The notes beneath the pieces are model-generated. The model ran no database searches, was not told where the DNA came from, and was given only the letters and a program-made list of their open reading frames with translations. The translations under genes were made by a program, and so were the position numbers. 64,000 nt of DNA. Source: Atractiella rhizophila (taxonomy: Eukaryota). The stretch is from assembly GCA_021432655.1 (NCBI GenBank), contig MU271195.1:124001-188000 (forward strand), in the 5' to 3' direction. Below are positions 26,992-38,900 of the stretch, piece by piece. The first letter of the stretch is position 1. Each line of letters begins with the position of its first letter.

Positions 26992-28572
26992 CTACCATAA
27001 ACTACGGTTCTTCCTTGCCACTGTCGAACCACTCTCAAACAACTCTAGACTATGTGACTCCTGCCACTCCGAATTCCTCGTGTACCTCCGTACTCGTTCC
27101 AATTCTTCCTCAGACCATTCTCCGAAGAGTAATGTCAGAGTCACGGTTCGTGGAGAAGACTTTGCTCTGAACATCCAGTCGAGGAAATTGACAAAATTCT
27201 CGAAGGAAAGGGAGCAATAATTCAGGGACAGGTACGAAAGTTTTAAATCTGTGCCAGTCTCTAGGAAGGATGAAAAAAAGTTGGTGGGAAGCAATCCAGC
27301 CGCCTCTTCTCCCCCATCGAGCGTCAAATCAGTGAGACTCTTGAGTTGGCTGATATCCAACGGCCGAATCATCTTGTAGGCCCCAAAATGCTCAAATGTC
27401 TTCTCCTCGTCGATTGCAGGCAATAGTGTGAGGTGGAGTAGTTCTACTCGTTTAATCGACGGCTCTTGCGAGAAAGAGTCGAAATCAATAAAAGGCCAAC
27501 AGTTGGCGACGATCAGCTTTTCTACCTTCTCCTGGTGGATGAGATCTTTGACAAAGGGATATCGGTCCTTAACCTGCCGGAGAAAAAGTCTTTGCAGCGA
27601 ATTAAACGGTCGCGGTCGAGGTACCCCACAATTCGAAGGGATTACTTTGGCCACAACGACTTCCTTGATGACTTGGTGCGATTCGGTGTATGAGAGGAAA
27701 GAGAAAACAAAATCCGAAAGGCAGTTTGTTAGGTCAATCCATGTAAGGTTTCGCAATTTGAGCACGGAGGTCAGGATTTGTGAGGAAGCACCAGAGAACC
27801 ATCCAGAAAGCTGGAGACTAGTCATTCTCGCCATTGCAGAAATCAAGTCGCTTGTTCTTGTATCTCTGAAAGTATCGCCCTCGTCCGAAATACGCAAGCT
27901 TGTCCAATGTGCTGCTGCTCTCGGGAAGCGGCGGAACATCTCCCTTTTATTCTCCCATTTACGTGGCTCAAAATACCGTGACAGTACCATCTCCCGCCAG
28001 AATACACAAGCCATGCCGCACGCCCGCAATGATTCTGCGGCATCGGAACCGGTATATAGAGGTATGAAAGAAAATATGTCATAAAGCAATTCCGTGGGCA
28101 GGTTAGAAATGGGCGATGTGGGAGGAAAAGTTGTCCATTGAAGCATACAACCGTTCCTGTAGTCAATTTGGCCGTCGGGCTTACTTTGAACCCAAACTCT
28201 GTCCACCAATTGCGCCGCGATTTGGGTACAGGGTTTCGAAGGGACTTGTACAGTAAGGTGCAGCTCTTGAACGATTTCTTTCAGCGGAATAGTTAGAGGC
28301 TCTGGAGCGGTCTCCTTCGCCGAAACTCGCAGTTGACGGTGATATGGATCGTATGTGAAATGTAGCCAAAAGGGTTGTGGGATGTTGGCAACAGCGAAGA
28401 CAGGACTACGACTGAAGCCGTTATCCATCCGTTCAACGTCGGACCCCCAAGCATAATAGTGATGTAGAACGACTGTGAAGGTTTGAAGCTGGCATACCTC
28501 GAGGAAACTCTGTGTGAAGCTGAAAGCTATCTGAGATGGCGTCTCCGAAGGAGTCAAGGCGGCATAACACAA
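26992..28572 (-). CDS. F-box / LRR-like protein, intronless (start uncertain)
   Basis: Long ORF with internal F-box ISNLPTELLYDIFSF...SLRACGMACVFWRE followed by LxxLxL repeats. Confidence 0.75.
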   Translation of the reverse strand: MCYAALTPSETPSQIAFSFTQSFLEVCQLQTFTVVLHHYYAWGSDVERMDNGFSRSPVFAVANIPQPFWLHFTYDPYHRQLRVSAKETAPEPLTIPLKEIVQELHLTVQVPSKPCTQIAAQLVDRVWVQSKPDGQIDYRNGCMLQWTTFPPTSPISNLPTELLYDIFSFIPLYTGSDAAESLRACGMACVFWREMVLSRYFEPRKWENKREMFRRFPRAAAHWTSLRISDEGDTFRDTRTSDLISAMARMTSLQLSGWFSGASSQILTSVLKLRNLTWIDLTNCLSDFVFSFLSYTESHQVIKEVVVAKVIPSNCGVPRPRPFNSLQRLFLRQVKDRYPFVKDLIHQEKVEKLIVANCWPFIDFDSFSQEPSIKRVELLHLTLLPAIDEEKTFEHFGAYKMIRPLDISQLKSLTDLTLDGGEEAAGLLPTNFFSSFLETGTDLKLSYLSLNYCSLSFENFVNFLDWMFRAKSSPRTVTLTLLFGEWSEEELERVRRYTRNSEWQESHSLELFESGSTVARKNRSLW

Positions 28573-29066
28573 AAGAGTTGATGCTTCGCTATCGAAGTCA
28601 CATTAGCAATACTCCGAGAGATACTAATCACTCGCGCAAAGTCCACTCTAGAAAGTCGCTGGTGCAAGGTAGAAAGGAATAACCTCGGATCCAGAAGAAG
28701 CGGTGGGGAACATATTAAGTGCCCGTGAATAGTGGAATAGTGGAATAATTCGGTACGCAAAATGAAGCTCCAAACTGTAAATCTCAGTCTGACTGAGATG
28801 AGCCAGCTCTGCAACAATGCCAATGGATGGTGCCTCGTGACAACAGCGACGGAAGAAATGAAAATGACGAAACCGACCCACTTCATGATCAGGTAACAGC
28901 CGTTAGATACCAGTATAGATACCCATCCTCAGACTCCTACAAAATTTCTCTAAAATACATGCTTTTAAATATTCTGTTGTAGATTGTCGATCAGTACTTT
29001 GAACAAGGTTTGAGAAGCAGTTGAAATGCGTGATGGTCCGAAGTAGTGTGAGGTGAACTGTTGACA

Positions 29067-32000
29067 ATGACCTCCATGGCTGAGCAAGATTGGGCCACCA
29101 TCGCGACTTCCTTTAATGGTTTAGGTGAGTTCTCTCCACTTAGGCTAGATCTCTGGGTAAGGGGTGCTGGGCAGATAACGACCGCAAGGTGCAGACACTT
29201 CAAAAGCTCACGGACTTTCTCACGTCTATCGCTCTATCCTCTTTGGAAGACCCAGATCCCATACTGAATATCCTCAAAACAGCTCTTAAGTCGTCTAATT
29301 CTCAAATTTACGCTGCAGGACTCGCATGCATACCTCACTATTTACCCGTCCTTGTTCCACTCAGGAACAGGACCCGACCTGCGCTCTCTGCAAACGGTGC
29401 CACATCTCCTAGTCCTAGCGTGTCTTCGTCCTCATCCTCGTTTCCATTAAACAAGTCAACATCATCGGGGCCTGGCTCTCAAGCCCTGTTGAAGTCTTCA
29501 ATGAATGCTCTATTGGTCACGGTTCTGGACCGCATGGGTGATCCCAAAGAGAAGGTGAGGGACCTCGCGAAACAATCAGTGGTGGCTGCTGCCCGAGCAT
29601 CTCTTTGTTTTGGGATCGGTTCGTCAACAGCTCCATCGAAACTGCAGCGATCGCAAGGCTCGTCTGCATCGATTTCAAGCAGCAAGATGCTGTCTGCCAA
29701 TGAGGATCGGAACGAAGCACCATACCAGCTCTTTGATAAGCTCTTCCTTTCGACTGGTTTGCAGTCCAAAGTCGCCAGAACTCGAGCTACTTGCATCCAA
29801 GCGCTAATGGAAATACGACAAGAACACTCCAAGCCTCCCCTGCCTTTACGATCACTCACGCCGACGCTGGTCACCCTGTTGGAGGATCAGGATGCAGGTG
29901 TCCGCGAGGCAGCCAAGAGGGCTGTGATGGAGATTTTCGGTGGGAGGGATGTCAGTGATGCTGCCAGGGTAGACCTTAAGAAGGAGCTGACCCTTAAAGG
30001 CGTGCGCAAGAATACTCTGGAGAGTATCTTGGACCATCTAGTTAACGCGACCCAAAGTAACGTTACGTCCCCTCCGTTGCCTTCATCACCTTTGGCAAAG
30101 GATGAAGCAGAAGCTCCGACGTCAAGACATCATCCAGGCCGACCTCCTTCTCGTACAGGTGGCCCGAGTCATTTGCCACGACCGGCAAGTCGCGCAGGCT
30201 CCAGTCGCGGTGTTGGAACTTCTGCGGGCTCAAGCGCGCTCCCTCCTCCGGTGCCTTCTGAGCCTTCTGGTGGTAATAGTGAAGGGTTCACGCCTGCGTC
30301 TGCCTCAGAGCCTTCGCCGGTTTTCATCGCATCGGCAAAAGACTTGGATAACGAGATTGCGAAGATGCTACCAGCTTGGGAAGGAAAGGAGACAGAACAC
30401 AACTGGATGCACCGTGACAGTCATATTGCTCGACTGAGAGGGATGATTAAGGGTGGAGTATACCAGAAATTTCCGGATACCTTTATTCAAGCCCTGCGTC
30501 AGGTCGAGCCAGGCGTCCTGAAAACTCTATTCTCTCTGCGGACGATTCTATGCATTGCAACATGTCGACTTATCAGCGAGATGTCGGAAATGATGAAACA
30601 AGCTTTTGACCCATTCGTCGAAAGTTACTTGATCAATCTGCTTGGGATGGCTGGTCAGACCAAGAAGATTGCCGCTCAAGCTTCTCAGGTCGCCGTCACG
30701 TCGATATTGAAAAACAGCTCTTATCACACCAAACAACTGCAGCATTTGTGGAACCTCATGGGCGAAAAGAACGTTCAAGCGCGGCAATACGCCATCGCGC
30801 ACGTCAAAACTGTCGTTGAAGTGCACGCAAGAAAGCATCGTGGAGCCATCGAGTCCGGTGGAGGTCTTGACTTCCTGCAAAAGCTGCTGAAAAAAGGGAT
30901 CGCTGACGCCAATGCTGGGGTGCGAGAGACTGCGAGGGCTTCTTTTTGGTTAGCCCATGAAATATTTCCTGCCATGACCGCGCAACTTCTTTCTACATTG
31001 GACTCCGCAACACAGAAGCAGCTCGAAAAAGCGAATCCTAACAAAAATGCTGGGCCTACATCAGTTGTTACAGCTCTTGCTGCTCCTCCAAAACGGCCGT
31101 CAGTTCGCGACATGATCAACAAATCGAAGATTAATGGACCCGCACGAACAACCTCATCTTCGTTGAAGAAAGCCGTTGCCGTGCCCCTTCCTCCTTCCCC
31201 GAGTGCCTCATCTCCACCGCCACCAGCCAGTCCACCCCAATCCCCCAAAAGTGCCGTCTCTGTAACCTCTTCCAGAGCTGCAGCTGCAGCTACATTCAAC
31301 ATCACTCCGATCAAAAAAAGGAACGCCTCTTCGCCGGCCGTGTCGCCGAATAGTAAGAATCGCACCCGCGTGCCAGACAATCAAAAATTCGCAGGCTCCC
31401 CGTCTCCTCTGAGGCCGAGATCAAGCCCAAAGGCTGCGACTGTGGCGACCCCGTCATCTATTTTGACAGTTGCCGCTGCTCTAGCTCAAGGGCCAAGTTC
31501 TCCCAAGTCTCCGCAGAGCGTTAGCCACGATCAGAACTCGCTTGTAGGCGGCAGTATCAGTCGCGAAGAGTCTGTGGGCTCATTGAACTCCCTGTCCTTT
31601 GGGACAACAGCTGCACCGGAACGACCTCGAAATCTCATGGATTTATCCATAGATGAACCAATCGTAGCAGATGCTCTCCAAGCACAGGCCGAACAAGCCG
31701 AACAGACTGCTGAACGATTGCTGGAGCTCGTGGACCCTGATGAGGATGAAGGATTCTTTCCGCGCAGTGGTCGCGGCGAACCTCCAGCCGGTGCATTGCC
31801 TAATTTTCATTCCAAGAGACACGGAGGTTCGCGGTCGGGTTCAATACCGCCAGAATATGAGATGGATTTTGAGGACAGCTTGCTAGACGAGAAACCCATA
31901 AACACGGGGGCAAGGAACGATTGGTGGGAGAAATGTGCGTGAAACATCGGCATATCTTGTCATCTGACTGAAGTTTAGCCATTGCCACTCGTAACTCTTC

Positions 32001-32935
32001 ACCTGCAACATCACCGACCCATGCACCCCAGAAAGCAGACATTGACATCTTGTTACAAGATCTCAAAACCCCGCGACCCCAACTTGCAACCCTATCCACT
32101 CTAGGTCGAATATCGATGGACTTCCCGTACCCAGATTCGGGTCAAGCAAATGATGCCCGAGAGCAGGAAAGCATTAATCTTTGGGACGATGGACGATGTT
32201 TCTTAAGACTTTTCGAAGGTCTAAGTCACGTCTTACGATCGACGCAGGTACGTTTCTTAGACGCCGCAATGCTGAGCACTCAAACTCACTATTTGTCAAA
32301 GGATCGAGATTTGAAGCAAAGCTCCTTAAGCGTCCTGAAGAAGCTGGTCCTCTATCAATTTTCCTGCTTTTCCGGGTATGAGATGGAGCTTTTTGCTCTT
32401 TTGCTGCAAGTTCAGCTGGATGACAACAAAGCGGCAAGATTTCATCTTCGCGGTCAAGGGATCTTGGCTCTAACCTTGAGGGTGTAGATCCTAGCAGGCG
32501 TAGAATCCGTTACCGATTCCGTCCTGGACAAAATCGAGCCACTTTACGGCTTGAGCGCTCTTCGAAGTAGCCTTCAGAATCTACTCAAGCTTTATGCCCA
32601 ATCTCCGGATGTCACACGATCTTACTCCCTTGCTCTCAAAGGTCTCGGCAGCTTGTTCACCAGGTTGCCAGCAGAAGTTCTCGAAGAGGAAATACCTCGA
32701 GTGCGAGCACTAATATCTCAGGTAAATGTGTCATGCTTCACATCCAACTGTGCTGAACATGTGTAAGGCATTGAACGACACTGGGCATCCCGACCTTCGC
32801 CTCAGTGCAGTAAACTGCATCGTGGCTGCTCACACTGTCCTTCAGGATGATAACAAACTTTTCTCCATCTTTCAAGGTTTAACGAAACATCAGGAGCAGC
32901 TGCTGACTTACTACTTTGCAAGGGCTGCAGCTTGA
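29067..32935 (+). CDS. STU1: CLASP/Stu1 microtubule-associated TOG-domain protein
   Basis: HEAT repeats (DRMGDPKEKVRD, LLEDQDAGVREAAK), CLASP_N motif GKETEHNW..R and SLRT, S/P-rich linker, C-terminal QLLTYYF. Confidence 0.88.
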
Positions 32936-33066
32936 AGTGCTTCTATTACCATTTAATACCGTTGACTGATGTATCTGTTTTTCCCGTGATGGGTTATATA
33001 TTTGCTTCAATCTGTTCGGTTCCACATTGCTGGAGTGAGTACGATTCTTAGTTGTAGCAATCAGTA

Positions 33067-33473
33067 TCATGATGAGTCCCCCGCTGCTCGTAGAAACAAG
33101 ACCTGCATGAAGTGAACAAGTCAGTGTCCGCAAGCGACAGTGGCGCAAAAATGCTGACGTTGTTACATCGAATGAAAACCTCCCCAAGAGAGCCTACTGA
33201 CTTCCCATCCTGGAGCTCCTCGGTATTTGCCAACTATCACGGGTGTGAGTATCCCGAGCAGCGAGAGGATAGAGGGAGCTGCACCTGCAGATTCATGTAG
33301 TTGTCTGAACTGACGAGATACCCCTTGTACTCCATTCCCCACTTCAGCCGCACCACCACTTCCTTCCCAACCTGATCTTGCAAAAATGGTTTGGGGTTTA
33401 TGGGCGTGAACTGTGTCCATAAGTGAGATTGAGTCGATGTAATGAGAGTGGCAAGAAAACTTACCGTGGACAT
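33067..33473 (-). CDS. SMX3: Sm protein F
   Basis: PINPKPFL...[29 protein letters not shown]...[12 protein letters not shown]. Confidence 0.93.
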
Positions 33474-33567
33474 GGTCGTTGTTTGACAAAGAGATCGCGT
33501 TCCAGACAGCCAACTCGAAAGCAGGACCCGTGTTTTGTTGGTTCTAAGCGCGACTTACAAGTACCAG

Positions 33568-34254
33568 ATGTCTGGTGAGTTGCTATCTTGCACGATGCTT
33601 GCGAGTAATGGAACAACGCAGACGACGAACAGGGAAGAGCCGGAGACGATGAAGTCGGACTGCCAAAAGCTACGATTCAGAAGCTCATTCAAGGTGAACT
33701 CCCCGGCCATTGACTAATGGATGTGATTTCTGAAGATATGGTGCAGAGATGCTTCCGGGCGACTTTTCGTGTACCAAGGACACCAGGGACTTGATTGCAG
33801 AATGCTGCAAAGGTTCGTCTTTCCTTTCCATATTCTCCGCGCCAATGGGACAAGTGTAGAATTCGTTCTTGCGATATCTTCTGAGGCAAACGAAATTTGC
33901 GAAAAGGATTCAAAGAAGACTATATCACCCGAGCACATTGTAGCAGCGTTGAAGGTGCGTCGCGTTACGCTCCATCCGTTGGCATTCTGCTGATGGCGCC
34001 GTAGGCCTTGGGGTTCAACTACTACGTGGAGGAGGTGGAAGAGTGCCTTAAAGACCACAAGCAGACGACCAAGGTGCGTTTTTGGACGGTTCACCTTTTG
34101 TGCTAAGGGAGCGCTTCTGCAGGAACGGGCAAAACGGAACGTGAACCGCTTAGAAGCATCAGGTTTGACGCAGGAGGAACTGGAGAAGCAACAGGAAGCT
34201 TTATTCGCTGCCGCTAGGCTGAAATATGACAATAACCAGGGATTTGCTGAATGA
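33568..34254 (+). CDS. NCB2: Negative cofactor 2 beta (DR1), histone fold
   Basis: LPKATIQKLI..., ISSEANEICEKDSKKTISPEHIVAALK, SGLTQEELEKQQEALF. Confidence 0.9.
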
Positions 34255-34415
34255 TAAACCTGTCTGTTGCTTGTTGTACTTTTAAGGTGGTATTTCAGTG
34301 AATGAGTGACTTGGATTGTTGTAGATAGGTGTCAACAAGTAACGATGACGCAGAATAAGGAGGAATATTACGTCCTCTTGAAAGGATACAGAATAATAGA
34401 GCAGAAAGTGAACGT

Positions 34416-35560
34416 TTAGAAGTTGTGAGCGAGATCGTCGCCATCCCTCCTAGGAGGTGCTTGTCTTCCAGACGAGTGCGTTCGTTGTCTTCGCATGCTG
34501 CTGGCTGGTGCAGAGATGGAGCTGCCTGTATTACTCCTCTGTAAACCGTCTCGCGTCTCCGGGACGGCGGCGTCGTCGTACTGTTCAAGGACATCATCAG
34601 AGCATTCGAGAAGTAGAAGGAAGGCATGCTTGATTGTAGCCTGTGTTCTCCTGTTCATATCGATTTGCCCTAGCATAAGTCAAGTTAGTTGGCGCGAGTG
34701 ATGCTAACAGAATGACGAACCAAGCTCGCTGTTTCTTCTTGCTGGCTTCTTGATCTTTCACTAAACCACTCTGACTGTATATCGCATGAGAAACAGTCAG
34801 TATAACGTCCAAAATCTTACACAACCCATTTCGGAGTCCGACCCTTCTTGTCTGGTAATATCTGGGTGAGCAAGATTGCAGAGCAACTGGAAAAAGATGG
34901 CGCACCATTGTTTCGCACGTTCTGTAGGTAGAAATTGCTGCAATAAACATGAACACTGACACGAAGCGAAGTGATAGAGAACAAACTGGACATGTCCTTC
35001 AGTCAGAAAGTCATTAGCTTGCTATGCGCTCGCTTGTGTGGGCTTACCGGGTATATATCCTGCAACAACATCAGCTCATTTTAATTAGAAGATAAGGACG
35101 GCGTACCAGCGATCGTGAGGACCAAGTTGATGAAAAAGTCCTATTTCCAAGTGTTAACAAATTTGGTTATTCAATGCAGCGTGCTTACCTTGCCGATGCC
35201 AAAACGGACACCACTGAAGCTGATGTCAGATACAACTTAGTAATTGATAACTTCGCTTACACGCTGCTCGACACAGTCAAAATCTATTATGTGTGATCAG
35301 AGGAGGAAGAAAGACGAACGCAAGAGGTGGCAGGAGGAAACCTGGCGCGTTAACTCAGATCACAACTTCTGTGTAGTTATAATTAGCAGGATTCTGACCT
35401 AATATCGCAATGACGATCCAAAATCCTGTATATCTATGGTCTACAAAGGGGAATTGTCATTCGGCGAGAAGCTTACCTCCCCGCTTTGCATGCTTGGCCT
35501 TCACCTGGAGAGCGAATCAGCAGGACTGCAAGACGACAGTGCGCTTACCTGTTTCGCCAT
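34416..35560 (-). CDS. Pmp3/YqaE (UPF0057) membrane domain protein with C-terminal extension, many microexons
   Basis: Splices to GFWIVIAILGFLLPPLAVGVRFGIGKDFFINLVLTIAGYIPGHVHNFYLQNVRNN. Confidence 0.8.
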
Positions 35561-35795
35561 ATTAATTTAGTGACCACTTTTCCTTTCCTCAAGATAATTT
35601 CTTGAAGGTGTTAGAGGAAACTGTCAACAACAGCACTGCCAGGAGTCGCAAGGATTTGATGCATGCTCGGCAATATCACGCCGCAAAGTCCGCTCTCGGC
35701 GATCTGATCTAGTGAACCTTGTTTGAAACCACGAAAGAGTCAACCCATAATAAAACGAACGACTCTCGTCCTCCTCTCCACTCAGTCTCTCCAAA

Positions 35796-36500
35796 ATGCT
35801 CTCACGCTCAACAAGACTCGCTACCTCCCTCGCCCGCCTCCCCGTCTCCCGAGTCGCCCAGGTGCAATCGAGAGCGTATCATGAAAAGGTCATCGACCAC
35901 TACAACAATCCCAGGAACGTTGGCGCAATGCCAAAGACGGATATCGATGTCGGAACTGGTCTCGTTGGTTTGTCCTCTTCTCTGCTCTCTTTCGAAGTTG
36001 TCCTGATGGGATTTCTACCATGAAGGCGCGCCAGCTTGCGGTGATGGTAGGTGGCGTCAACCCTCGGCACGCAGGTTCTGACCGTGCAACCCGTCCAACA
36101 GTCATGAAGCTTCAAATCAGAGTCGATGATCGCGGGGTCATCGCAGATGTCAAGTTCAAGACGTTTGGATGCGGATCTGCCATCGCTTCTTCGAGTTATA
36201 TGACCGAAAGGGTGAAGGGTATGACGCTGGAGGAGGCTGGAAAGATAAGGAACACGGAAATTGCGAAAGAGCTTTCGCTGCCGCCTGTCAAACTGCATTG
36301 CTCAAGTAGGTTCTCTCGTTCTTGGAAGCAGTGGGAGTTTGACACGTCTCGTTTCAGTGTTGGCAGAGGACGCAATCAAGGCTGCTATCCGCGATTACCA
36401 AAAGAAGCGTGAGGCTGGTGACAAGAGGGCTGGTGCTATTAACATTTCTCAAAGTGTACTTGATGGCAAGACGGTTGCCGAAGCCGTCCCTGGTGCTTGA
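35796..36500 (+). CDS. ISU1: Mitochondrial Fe-S cluster scaffold IscU
   Basis: YHEKVIDHYNNPRNVG, GLVGAPACGDVMKLQI, FKTFGCGSAIASSS, LPPVKLHCS. Confidence 0.96.
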
Positions 36501-36631
36501 CCGTTGATCTAGCTTTTCTATCCGTACCTGTATCATAGTTTTTAACAAAATTCATGCCTAGTATTACTGGACCTGGAACATAGTGCTTTCTGATGCTTTA
36601 TTATGAACTGAATATGAATAATTAGGTGACA

Positions 36632-37093
36632 TCAAGAAGAGGGTACTGAGGTTCTGAGCTGTTAGGAATGGAACATGTCAGTGGCAGAGGCATGACGCGG
36701 AAGATGTCGCACCTGAATCCCATGCAAGTTGGTAATGTCTTCTTTGAGCACTTCTTGTACCATGCGATGCTGTTTCACGGTAGGGAGTCCTTTGAACGAA
36801 GGGTGCTCAATTGCAACCGCGTAAAAAGTCCCACATCCGCCTTTTACTCTTCATTCCCTGAAAGCTCTCAGAATGTAATACGACGCACCCGAGATATCAG
36901 CAACCTGAACTGTAGCTCCCTGAAAGTTTTCTCTCAGCTTGTTCCCGATGGCCAGCTCACCCTCTGACAACTGGGTGCTGGCTGATTCCGCTGTTGACTG
37001 AGTGGTACCCGTCGAGTGCCACCGCACAGAGGGTCGCAGGGACGAAGAAGTAATGCGAAACCCAGGCTGTAATAGCTGACGGAGGACTCTCAT
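36632..37093 (-). CDS. BOL3: Mitochondrial BolA-family protein (Bol3/BOLA3)
   Basis: Presequence, then VADISGGCGTFY, FKGLPTVKQHRMV and LHGIQ; the SGGCG motif is typical of BOLA3. Confidence 0.88.
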
Positions 37094-37291
37094 GGTGACT
37101 GCTGAAGTTGTGTTGGGTTGTTTGTTTGGAAGGCAGCTTTAGTAATTTAGTAAATAATAAGTTAGTGATATCGAACCAGAACTAGAACAGCACAAAGAAA
37201 GAATTCAACCACGAAATTCTTCGTTCTTTTCTGTTGGGGTCGCTGATAGACTGCTGGAGGACTCGGGAAGGAGTGGCCAAGGACACACAAG

Positions 37292-38503
37292 ATGGAGCAG
37301 GGTTTATCTTCTCAGTACTACGAATTCTCGTTTCACCACCCTTACCCGCCGTTCTACCCCCATCCCCAAATGCCCCCGTCAGCGTTTGAGAGACCTGCCC
37401 TACCGCGGACGAAATTAACCGTGCTTCGATGGGACCGTCCCGAGTGCGCTTCAATCGAGATTTTCCAGGTTGAAAGCAGAAACGGCATAGTCGTTAGTCG
37501 GTGGGTTATTTCCGGTTTGTGTGGATGGTCGAGGATATTTATTGATTGGGACAATAGACGAGCGGACAATGACATGGTAAATGGGACCAAGCTTCTGAAT
37601 GTGGGAGGATTCACCCGGGGCCGTCGAGACGGGATTGTGAGTGTTCCTTACCTCTTCTCCGGCATTGGGGATGGTTGGAGGCTTCTTCCCACTAGTCATG
37701 CTAATCGGATTTTCTTAGCTGAAAAACATCAAAGATCATCGGTTCGTTAATCTCCAGCGATTTGTTGACCCATTATTTACTCAGTCACTCTACTAGGGAT
37801 GTGGTAAAATCCGGACCGATGAATCTTAAGGGCGTTTACATTTCTCTCGAGAAGGCTCGACAGCTGGCGGCTACTCATGAGCTGTTGGATGAGCTCTGTA
37901 TGTTGTTTTCTCTTGTTGAATCGGTTTTCGATGCTAAATCGGTTCGGACAGTCCCATTATTTGGTCAGTGTCATTTCAAATTGCTTCCACACGCGACGTT
38001 TACCTTAGTCCATTCCAGAAACCGACATTAGCAAATATGCGCCCAAGTTCGACACCTCGTCATCAGGGCCGCCTCATGAAACTTTCATGTTACACAATCC
38101 CATGCTAGGACAGACTTCAGCTGTTCCTCACCCAACTTCTTTTTCCAATGCGTACGCAGACGCTCTCGTAAACGCCGGAGTGTCCGCCCCAACTTCATAT
38201 CACAATGCTCAGTACCCCTTTCTATGCCATCAGAATCAAGCTCAGTTCGCATATTACCTACCTAATCCTAATCCTACCACCATTCCAGAGGCTACTCGAT
38301 CCCTAAAGCGTTCTCGCGATCACGATGGGACCGTATCCTCTGAGGAAAGTTTTTACCAACAACCCTTGCCAAAAAGAGCTCGATTTTCGGCCTCTCCAGA
38401 ATTCGGTTTTCAGGCTCCGCAACAATATGCTCCGGTTCTCTCTCCTTCAGTTTCCACACTGAGCAGTTCTAGCGACCAATCTTACGGCGTACCAATGCTC
38501 TGA
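37292..38503 (+). CDS. APSES transcription factor, StuA/Sok2/Efg1 class
   Basis: FQVE..[34 protein letters not shown]...VVKSGPMNLKGVYI. Confidence 0.85.
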
Positions 38504-38900
38504 AGTTTCAAATCAGTCCGCAATCAGTTACGAACCTTTGTTCATGCAATTTTTCATCAATTTGTGGTGGTTCAGTCCTCCTCATCCGTTTCCGACGACT
38601 CAAAAAATCTTCATTTCGTGCCTTAGTTCAAAACGTCGGTTGCTCTAAGTTCTCTTCACTTTCCATCTCCGTTGTGCATTCGGATTACTTCGTCACTGAA
38701 TTCCTTTTCTTTTTGGTGGTAGACTTTTCCGTTACTTTTTTGGGACGCACAAATTCAGCATTCTAGTCAAGTGTATAGTCAGCATTCGTCTTGGTGTCGA
38801 GTCTCTCTCGCTGTTCTCTACCCTCATTAAAGCCCCATGTTCACCCTCTAAGATTGATGTAGTGCAATGATTATAATCGATTAGCCAGAGCATTTACATT

